Counted from the first letter of the stretch, positions 9,504 to 15,869 are shown. The stretch is 32,000 nucleotides of DNA from Sedimentisphaera cyanobacteriorum (GCF_001997385.1 NZ_CP019633.1:2820001-2852000); one strand, 5' to 3'. Program-made: numbers and translations. The notes: generated by a model from the letters alone, not told the origin.

Positions 9504-9680
9504 TTTTTTCACAGGATTCACAGGATTTTGACGGGTTTTTTGGGCGGGTAATTTGTTTGAACCTCATGGGATTGGTTTAAACCACGAGGACACCAAGGGC
9601 ACGAAGGTTTGTTATAAATTGTTTTATATAAAGGCTTTACATCATAAAACATCTGTGCCCCTCCGTGTGCCTCCGTGGTT
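9504..9680. repeat. Composite intergenic repeat R1, copy 1 (9-nt tandem units plus a long imperfect hairpin around an AT-rich core)
   Basis: Contains CACAGGATT x2 and GGCGGGTAATTTGTTTGAACC. The arm AACCACGAGGACACCAAGGGCAC (9580-9603) pairs with GTGCCCCTCCGTGTGCCTCCGTGGTT (9655-9680). The core contains GTTATAAATTGTTTTAT and CATAAAACATCTGTGCC. Colinear blocks recur at 17288-17555. Confidence 0.8.
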
Positions 9681-9958
9681 AATATATTTTTTTACCACAA
9701 GAAATAGCGAGCTGCCCCGGCGATGCAAAGAGGACTCCGCTTTGCTGTAATATGAAGAATCTTTTCGCTGTGGAGAGATGATCGCTCGCGCAGGTTCGCC
9801 GCCCCTAGTCGCCAGCAAAACCCGCAGACAAATAATCCTTAGCGAGTTTCAGGGCAATATAGACAGCAATAAATTCTGCAAAGCATTTCAGCGTGATGAT
9901 TTGAATTCTGCCAAAAAATATTGTCGCACACCTTTATGTTTATCTGTTAAATAATAGC

Positions 9959-9986
9959 TTGATAAATATTTTTCATAGCTTATTAT
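9959..9986 (+). promoter_or_regulatory. Sigma-70-like promoter candidate for the NRPS-like gene
   Basis: TTGATA (9959-9964), a 16-nt spacer, then TATTAT (9981-9986), about 80 nt upstream of the ATG at 10067. Confidence 0.35.
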
Positions 9987-10066
9987 GGTTTTTGAAAAAA
10001 CGCAAAAATTAAATTTTCGAAATTCATTAATACGCTTTCAAACAATTGGCAAAAACGGAGTTTGTA

Positions 10067-12253
10067 ATGACAAATTTTGAAAGCTATGCAGAAGCACAGC
10101 AATCCTCACAAAAGTCAACCCTAAACGTTACCGAAAGGGTAACGGAAGCAGCAGGGCTGTTCCCTGATAAAACAGCAGTGAGCGACGAGAATCATTCGAT
10201 TATATTTTCAGAGCTGATATTGATTTCAGATGTCCTTGCTGAAAAGCTCCTTGCAAAAAACATCCAGCTTGAGCAGAAAGTTGGGATAAGCTGCGGAAAA
10301 AGCGTTGAGGCTGTCGTCTCTGCGTTTGCTGTGATGAAGGTTGGTGCGGCTTATGTGCCCCTTGATGCAGATTATCCGGACGAAAGGCTTATATACATAG
10401 CAGAAAATTCCTGTATGAATATTATATTCTGCGTTAAAGGCAATGCGCCAATGTGGGCTGAGGGGTTTGAAGTTATAGAGATAGATATTGAACAAATCCT
10501 CAAATCCGAACCTCCTGAAGAGCATATATCATTTAACTGTTCCCCAACAAGCCTTGCCTATTCAATGTACACCTCCGGCTCGACAGGCACACCCAAAGGT
10601 GTGGAAATAGAGCACAGAAATCTTAATCAGGAGATAGACTGGAATATAGAATTCCACAAACTTACCAGCAAAGACGTGGCAAGTCTTGTTTCGAGCTTCA
10701 GCTTTGATGTTTCAGTGTCTGAGATATGGAGCACTTTATCAGTTGGGGCGAGGCTTTGCATTGCTCCGCCTTCAGCAGTTTACGTGCCTCAAAATATGAT
10801 CGACTGGATGTGCCGAAAAGGTATAACCGTTGGCCTCGTTGGAACTCCCGTAGCAGAAAAGATTATTCGTATGCAGTGGCCTGATGAGTGTTCGCTTCGT
10901 ACTATGCGAACCATGGGCGACAGGCTCAGAGTAAGGCCTCTGCCGAATCTGCCGTTCAATCTGTACAATGAGTACGGCCCTACAGAATGCACAGTTACTG
11001 TTACAGCAGGGCTGGTCAGTTCGGAGGACGACGGCAAATACCCTCACATCGGAAGCGAAGTGGGCGACTGCGTGATACATATACTTGATGATGAGTTAAA
11101 CCCCGTAAAAGAAGGCGAAGAAGGCGAGCTCTGCATCAGCGGGGACTGCGTTGCAAGAGGGTATGCAGGTATGCCGGAGAAAACGGCCGAGGTATTCGTT
11201 CCCGACCCAATCATAAAGGGCAATCGGATGTACCGAACCGGCGATGTTGCAAAAAGACGGCCGGACGGGAATATCGATTATGTGGGAAGGCGGGATTTGC
11301 AGGTTCAGATCCGTGGGTTCAGGGTGGAGCTCAGCGAGATTGAAAAATTTGTGCTCGACAGCGAAAATGTAAACTCTGCTGCTGTGGTTGCTTCCGAAGA
11401 AGAGGATGGGATCAGGCTTTACTGCTTTGCTGAGCCGAAGGCAAAGCCGTTCAGCGTTGAATCACTTACTGATTTTCTCGCCTCAAAACTGCCCACCTAC
11501 ATGAGACCGAGCGGGTATTACGTTTTGGAGGAGATGCCGCTGAATGTAAACGGAAAAATTGACAGAAAGAAACTCTTCGCAGATGTTGTAGAAAACCGAA
11601 TTGAGGCGCATTCCAGAACAGATCAGATTGTAATGCCGCGAAACCCAATGGAAGAAGTGCTTTGGGAAACGTGGAAAAAAATCCTCCGAAGAGAAGACTT
11701 CGGAATATATGAAAACTTCTTCGACCTCGGCGGACATTCATTGATGGCTATTAAGATGGAAACGCTCCTAAGCAAACGCGGGCTTGCGCTCGACTTTGAA
11801 AAGGTGATTAAATATCCGGTGATCGCACAGCTGGCCGCCTTTCTGGAATTCAAGGTTGACGGGGCAGAAAATTCCGACGAAAAGTGCATTGTGTCGCTCA
11901 ACAAAGGCGAGAAAGGCAGGCCGCCGATTTATTTCCTGCATTCCACCAGCGGCGACATTCTGGCGTATGCAAATATAGTGCACGAACTCGGAGAAGACCA
12001 GCCCTGCTTCGGTTTTCAGTCTATTGGGCTTTGGCATATTGATCAGGCAGACAAAACAATCGAGCAGATGGCTGCCAGATATGTTAAGCTGCTCAATGAT
12101 ATCCAGCCGGAAGGAAAGTTTGCGCTTGTGGGGTGGTGCTTCGGCGGCTGGATCGCCTACGAGATGGCAAGAATATTCAAGAAGCAAGGCAGAAACGTGA
12201 GCATTTTAGCCCTCATAGACGCTCCCGCAAAACTTGCCGGCGGGAAAAAATGA
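10067..12253 (+). CDS. Stand-alone NRPS-like enzyme: adenylation domain, thiolation (PCP) domain, and the N-terminal two-thirds of a thioesterase domain (nucleophile and Asp)
   Basis: A-domain cores: MKVGAAYVPLD (A2), YTSGSTGTPKGV (A3), FDVSVSE (A4), NEYGPTE (A5), GELCISGDCVARGY (A6), YRTGD (A7), GRRDLQVQIRGFRVELSEIE (A8), NGKIDRKKL (A10). Carrier motif is FFDLGGHSLMAI (Ser codon 11738-11740). TE motif is GWCFGG (Cys codon 12137-12139), with Asp 27 residues later in LIDAP (12218-12220). No condensation domain is present. ATG 10067 with GGAG at 10056-10059 is preferred over the TTG at 10046. Confidence 0.9.
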   Translation: MTNFESYAEAQQSSQKSTLNVTERVTEAAGLFPDKTAVSDENHSIIFSELILISDVLAEKLLAKNIQLEQKVGISCGKSVEAVVSAFAVMKVGAAYVPLDADYPDERLIYIAENSCMNIIFCVKGNAPMWAEGFEVIEIDIEQILKSEPPEEHISFNCSPTSLAYSMYTSGSTGTPKGVEIEHRNLNQEIDWNIEFHKLTSKDVASLVSSFSFDVSVSEIWSTLSVGARLCIAPPSAVYVPQNMIDWMCRKGITVGLVGTPVAEKIIRMQWPDECSLRTMRTMGDRLRVRPLPNLPFNLYNEYGPTECTVTVTAGLVSSEDDGKYPHIGSEVGDCVIHILDDELNPVKEGEEGELCISGDCVARGYAGMPEKTAEVFVPDPIIKGNRMYRTGDVAKRRPDGNIDYVGRRDLQVQIRGFRVELSEIEKFVLDSENVNSAAVVASEEEDGIRLYCFAEPKAKPFSVESLTDFLASKLPTYMRPSGYYVLEEMPLNVNGKIDRKKLFADVVENRIEAHSRTDQIVMPRNPMEEVLWETWKKILRREDFGIYENFFDLGGHSLMAIKMETLLSKRGLALDFEKVIKYPVIAQLAAFLEFKVDGAENSDEKCIVSLNKGEKGRPPIYFLHSTSGDILAYANIVHELGEDQPCFGFQSIGLWHIDQADKTIEQMAARYVKLLNDIQPEGKFALVGWCFGGWIAYEMARIFKKQGRNVSILALIDAPAKLAGGKK

Positions 12254-12672
12254 GGCAGCATCTTACGGTTATAAAAAATCTTATCGCCCTCGGGCCAGCC
12301 GAGATGAGCAAAGAAATCATAGAGAGACTGAAAACTAAGGAATCAGACCTTGCAGATGATGTGATTGGCGCCCATTTCAACGAGCAGGACGAAGAATTCA
12401 AAAACAGATATGTTTCAAATCGAGCGGAAGTGTACGACTGTAATCTATCCGCCGCTTATGAGTATAAATCTGGAACTTATAAAGGCCAAGCCGTGCTGTT
12501 TAAGGCTATGGGCAGCGAACTTTGGAAACTCAGAGGCCCGAAACTCGGCTGGGAATTTGTGGTTGATGATTTGAAGCTCGAAGCTATACCGGGCGAACAT
12601 AAAGACCTGATGAAGGAAAATACGGAAATCGCTGTAAGACTCAGGAAAATGGTTGATCAGATTAAGGGCTGA
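12250..12672 (+). CDS. C-terminal third of the thioesterase domain (lid region plus catalytic His) as a separate ORF in the -1 frame
   Basis: ATG 12250-12252 overlaps the upstream TGA 12251-12253 (ATGA), immediately after the A6 run at 12245-12250. It contains the IPGEHKDLM His motif typical of type I TE domains (His codon 12598-12600). The portion of track ORF 12133..12672 upstream of 12250 is out-of-frame overlap with the first ORF. Confidence 0.7.
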   Translation: MRQHLTVIKNLIALGPAEMSKEIIERLKTKESDLADDVIGAHFNEQDEEFKNRYVSNRAEVYDCNLSAAYEYKSGTYKGQAVLFKAMGSELWKLRGPKLGWEFVVDDLKLEAIPGEHKDLMKENTEIAVRLRKMVDQIKG

Positions 12673-12705
12673 GAGCTCCTTCACGCAGCGTCCGAGGCCG
12701 GGTGA

Positions 12706-12872
12706 GTATGCACGGTTTGGCTCCTTATGCGAAAAAAGCCATCGCCACACAGCGGAGCAGCTCTTAGCTGCCCGCCAAAATCCTAATGGAAAAAGCAGCG
12801 TGGGTGAGAAGCGTACGCCTTGCGGCGTTACGCTTTGCGTCCCAGCATCTTCGCAAATCCAGTACTTCTGAT
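12706..12872. repeat. Element E, copy A (161-nt core, GTATGC on the left side only)
   Basis: GTATGC is at 12706-12711. The core at 12712-12872 is nearly identical to copies B and C except for a ~5-nt insertion near the right end. The left flank 12673-12705 is an RHS remnant (reverse strand LGRCVKEL) that abuts the TE stop codon. The right flank is unrelated sequence. Confidence 0.8.
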
Positions 12873-12933
12873 TTCGAATAAACTGCTATGGCTTAAAACC
12901 ACTAACAGTGTTTATTTTGATTCTCATTTGGTT

Positions 12934-13743
12934 TTATCTCAGCAATTTGCGGTTCGCTTCTTCTACCAGCAGTTTCATTTGCTTTATTGCAATCTCGTTT
13001 AGTCTTTCAAGTCTTTCATTTTGCGGCAGGCGTTCAGATATAAACAGAGCATTAAGATTTTCTAAATTTGCCAAACATACCAGCTGAATCACATTAGCAT
13101 TATCACGGATATCTCCCTTCTCATCCGGGTTGGCTTTCTGCCATTGTGCGGAGGTCATTCCGAAAAGGGCAACATTTAAAACATCTGCTTCGCTTGCATA
13201 TAGAAAAGAGGCCTGTTTCTTATCAATCTGCTGCGGTATCAGGTGCTCCTTAATCGCATCAGTATGTATGCGGTAGTTGATTTTAGTTAGGCTTCGTTTA
13301 ACCGACCAATCCAGCTCTTGCGTCTGGTTTTCTTTGAGCCGCTGAAATTCCTTCAGCAGATAAAATTTGAATTCTACCGACACCCAGGACGCAAATTCTA
13401 ACGCTATATCTGCGTGTGCAAATGTGCCGCCATATCTGCCCGGTTTGGACTGAAGGCCTATCGCATTTGTTGAATCTATCCATTTCTTGGGCGAAAGCAC
13501 GAAATGATTATAGCCGGCCTGATTCCTAAACTGGTCGAATTCGACCAGTTTGAAGTTTTGATTGTGGATTCGCTCCCACAGCCCAAGAAGCTCAATCGTA
13601 TTTTTGCTCCTCATCCAGTTTTTAATGATATCGGCTGGCGAGTCGGGGTTTTTGTATTTTGCAATATCTGTTATCGAGATGTAGTTCTCACGGTCAACAT
13701 TGTAAAGCATTATTTCACTGCCGGATACATTGATTTTCTTCAT
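12934..13743 (-). CDS. KilA-N domain-containing protein (DNA-binding, phage/mobile-element associated family)
   Basis: The translation closely matches my memory of the ~270-aa KilA-N family: ISITDIAKYKNPDSPADIIKNWMRSKNTIELLGLWE, GRYGGTFAHADIALEFASWVSVEFKFYLLKEFQRLKE, INYRIHTDAIKEHLIP. ATG is preceded by GGAGA. The gene is visibly AT-richer than the flanking genes. Confidence 0.85.
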   Translation of the reverse strand: MKKINVSGSEIMLYNVDRENYISITDIAKYKNPDSPADIIKNWMRSKNTIELLGLWERIHNQNFKLVEFDQFRNQAGYNHFVLSPKKWIDSTNAIGLQSKPGRYGGTFAHADIALEFASWVSVEFKFYLLKEFQRLKENQTQELDWSVKRSLTKINYRIHTDAIKEHLIPQQIDKKQASFLYASEADVLNVALFGMTSAQWQKANPDEKGDIRDNANVIQLVCLANLENLNALFISERLPQNERLERLNEIAIKQMKLLVEEANRKLLR

Positions 13744-13850
13744 AAATCATTCTCCATGCTTTTATTTTAAGCACGCTGAAACCTGCTATGAACCTCGTTC
13801 AAAAACCCGCTCAATATATAATATCGAAAAACAAAACGCAATGCAAAAAC

Positions 13851-14205
13851 ACCGCAATCAGCTCGCAAAACCCATTGCCGTAAACGTATTCATCCCCGCC
13901 GGCGAGCGTTTCGCCCGAATCGGTCGTGGTGAGCTACTTCACGCATCGTCCGAGGCCGGGTGAGTATGCACGGTTTGGCTCCTTATGCGAAAAAAGCCAT
14001 CGCCACACAGCGGAGCAGCTCTTAGCTGCCCGCCATAATCCTAATGGAAAAAGCAGCGTGGGTGAGAAGCGTACGCCTTGCGGCGTTACGCTGTGCGTCC
14101 CAGCATCTTCGCAAATCCGACTGATGTATGCCGGCGAGCCGGCCAAGCTTCCCACAATCCTGCGCCCCAACGCATCATATTTGTACTGAATCACTCATCC
14201 TCCAG
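13851..14205 (-). pseudogene. Degenerate RHS/YD-repeat fragment interrupted by element E copy B
   Basis: The reverse strand reads SGG*VIQYKYDALGRRIVGSLAGSPAY-[E]-SPGLGRCVK*LTTTDSGETLAGGDEYVYGNGFCELIAV. It has two in-frame stops and no start. It is homologous to the uninterrupted repeat at 16229-16390. Confidence 0.65.
13964..14131. repeat. Element E, copy B (156-nt core flanked by GTATGC direct repeats)
   Basis: GTATGC is at 13964-13969 and 14126-14131. The core is 13970-14125. Hairpins lie at 14069-14091 (GCGTACGCC-TTGC-GGCGtTACGC, a GCAA loop on the reverse strand) and 14012-14034. The terminal stem is CGGTTTG (13971-13977) with CAAAtCCG (14112-14119). Confidence 0.85.
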
Positions 14206-14412
14206 AAGATGCATTTTACTCTCTTTTATACATATCTCAACAGCTGCAATTTCATAATGAATATTAACAGCTGCTCCAATTTTTTCTTTCTTTACTCCAT
14301 TGCCTGCCGGGTTTCCAAATAAGTTCAAAACTTTCATTTTCTGACAAAGCTCTGAGCACCGGAAGAATAAAATCTTTTATTTTGTCTGCTGCTGATGGAA
14401 AAGATATCTCTT

Positions 14413-15204
14413 TTAGGCTATTTTTTGAGATAAAGCATCCCACTGGCTCTGTTTCAATTTGTCTTCATAGAATTCTCTGGTAAAAGATGTAGGCAGTTCT
14501 TCGGGGATTGCTGTACCTCTTCGCCTAAATGTGTTTTGAATCGCCTGAGCTAACAGTTTGCCGTCGAATTCAAATTTTCCGGCAAGCTGATACACATCGT
14601 AAAAATCTTTCATACGGCTGTTCGCAAACCCCAGAGTTACCATTGCTTCAATCTTTTCAGCTACTGCCAGCTCATACGAGTATGTCCTTAGCTTTGGTGC
14701 CGGCATATTAAGTATTGCAGGGAAAGCGGCCTGCTTTTCAGGCGGATAAACCTCATCACCAAACCCAATGTCTATCTGCATAAATTCTCCCGTACGCCCT
14801 ATTCTGTATTCAAGCTTAATCCTTACGCCGTCATACATATTATCTTCCCGAATTGCCTGCCCTCTCACAGATTCCGCTTTATATGTGATTCCGTCCTGCA
14901 CATCAGTTTCGATCCGGCAAATATTTCTGAAAACCTCCTCCAGCCGGGAAACATCAGGATTGCCAAACCCAAGCAAATCAAGATCTCTCGTTGGCCGGTA
15001 AGGATTATTCCCCCATACCCGAAAAAGCTGCGCTCCCTTGAGAACAAAATCGTTGGCATATTGAGAATTGCTCAATCGATAAAGAAAACGCTCTATTGCA
15101 TAATTTGTCAGCGTAAGGCCGCGATCTTCCCTTTGCATTTGCGAATAATTTTTTAGACGCTGTAAAATGGAATCAGCTATGTTTTTCTTTTCCCGATTGC
15201 TCAT
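14413..15204 (-). CDS. abiEii: AbiEii/AbiGii-family nucleotidyltransferase toxin (DUF1814), type IV toxin-antitoxin / abortive infection
   Basis: Typical AbiEii N-terminus: SILQRLKNYSQMQREDRGLTLTNYAIERFLYRLSNSQYANDFVLKGAQLF...RPTRDLDLLGFG. The ATG at 15204 overlaps the upstream stop as ATGA. Confidence 0.9.
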   Translation of the reverse strand: MSNREKKNIADSILQRLKNYSQMQREDRGLTLTNYAIERFLYRLSNSQYANDFVLKGAQLFRVWGNNPYRPTRDLDLLGFGNPDVSRLEEVFRNICRIETDVQDGITYKAESVRGQAIREDNMYDGVRIKLEYRIGRTGEFMQIDIGFGDEVYPPEKQAAFPAILNMPAPKLRTYSYELAVAEKIEAMVTLGFANSRMKDFYDVYQLAGKFEFDGKLLAQAIQNTFRRRGTAIPEELPTSFTREFYEDKLKQSQWDALSQKIA

Positions 15205-15809
15205 AATGCAGTAATGCTTTCAAGATATGGCTGAATCACATTGCTCACCCTGCACACTTTGGCGTATTTCCAAAGCTCATCCATTGTAAAATGCTTTTCC
15301 CGCCAGCCTTCTCTAAGGGCTTCCAGAGCTGTATCCAGCCCAATCTTGTTGCGATATTTAAAACAATCCGCCACCGTCTTTGCCGGCGAATAAACTCGCA
15401 CCTTAAGCTGATCTATCCGTTTCTCCTGTATTCCTTCGGTAAATGCCCTTTTCGAAAACCGCACATATCTCACCTTTGCAGAAGCTTTAATTTCGGGTTT
15501 GCGGGAACGATTTTCTATCGCAATCCAGACCTCAAATGGATTCTGTGTTGTAAATCCGTGAAGACGCAGGGCAGAAAGAAGGCAAATTACCCCTTTAGGC
15601 ACCTGTTTCGAAGCCTCAGCAATGCTCTGCATCGGCGAGTAATCATTGTTGGGCAGACTGTAGAGGCCGCGGGAAACCCTCTCCACAGTTCCTTGTACCG
15701 TAAGCTTTCGAAGATACTCCTTCGAGATGCCAAGCTCAACGATTTCTCCTGTTTTGAGCATTCCATACTGTCTGAGATGTTCAATTAGTTTTTGAGCCTT
15801 TATTCCCAT
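15201..15809 (-). CDS. abiEi: AbiEi-family antitoxin / transcriptional regulator (winged-helix N-terminus)
   Basis: Motifs: MLKTGEIVELGISKEYLRKLTVQGTVERVSRGLYSL, ICLLSALRLHGFTTQNPFEVWIAI, VYSPAKTVADCFKYRNKIGLDTALEALRE, IQPYLESI. Start chosen at ATG 15809 (MGIKAQKL...). The track start at 15860 lies inside the promoter palindrome. Confidence 0.85.
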   Translation of the reverse strand: MGIKAQKLIEHLRQYGMLKTGEIVELGISKEYLRKLTVQGTVERVSRGLYSLPNNDYSPMQSIAEASKQVPKGVICLLSALRLHGFTTQNPFEVWIAIENRSRKPEIKASAKVRYVRFSKRAFTEGIQEKRIDQLKVRVYSPAKTVADCFKYRNKIGLDTALEALREGWREKHFTMDELWKYAKVCRVSNVIQPYLESITAL

Positions 15810-15821
15810 TTGCAATACCTT

Positions 15822-15869
15822 GTTGACTAAATGTCCATATATATTAACATATATCAACACTTAGTCAAC
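15822..15869 (-). promoter_or_regulatory. Promoter embedded in a 9-bp inverted repeat; candidate AbiEi operator
   Basis: GTTGACTAA (15822-15830) and TTAGTCAAC (15861-15869) are perfect inverted repeats. On the reverse strand they frame TTGACT, 16 nt, then TAATAT, directly upstream of the abiEi ATG. Confidence 0.5.

Noticed and set aside
9553-9750. ORFs across the intergenic repeats: 9553..9750, 16688..16891, 16791..17072, 17172..17579, 30411..30755, 30431..30685, 30752..30955.
   Set aside because: They are translations of 9-nt tandem units and inverted repeats (HEDTKGTKV, GSSRFA.LAG and similar). They are open on both strands and have no RBS or start context.
12241-12256. Transcriptional slippage or a canonical X XXY YYZ -1 frameshift site at the TE split.
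   Set aside because: The A-run is only 6 nt, which is short for efficient RNA polymerase slippage. The zero-frame codons GGG AAA AAA do not form a canonical heptamer. Only simple P-site slippage next to the stop, or an indel, remains plausible (see findings).
12653-12871. Plus-strand ORFs spanning element E (12653..12871, 13926..14189, 15914..16228), sharing PRPGEYARFGSLCEKSHRHTAEQLLAAR.
   Set aside because: Their similarity comes only from the repeated nucleotide element. The opposite strand is open too, the starts are inconsistent, and the sequence is hairpin-rich. A tiny conserved peptide cannot be formally excluded.
13970-14125. Known structured RNAs within E: group II intron domain V, SRP RNA (GGAAAAAGCAGC resembles GGAAGGAAGCAGC), RNase P, tmRNA, hammerhead (CTGATG in copy B).
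   Set aside because: - The candidate domain V (GAGCCAAACCGTGCATACTCACCCGGCCTC) lacks a GNRA loop and the proper helix.
- The SRP-like stretch lacks the flanking helix 8 and its tetraloop.
- CTGATG is CTTATG in copy C, and no GAAA core follows it.
- Three adjacent copies of a housekeeping RNA would be implausible.
14191-14337. 48-aa reverse-strand ORF (MKVLNLFGNPAGNGVKKEKIGAAVNIHYEIAAVEICIKESKMHLLEDE) between abiEii and the RHS fragment.
   Set aside because: It has no Shine-Dalgarno sequence and no recognisable motif, and it runs into the degenerate RHS fragment in a different frame. I kept it out of the feature list.
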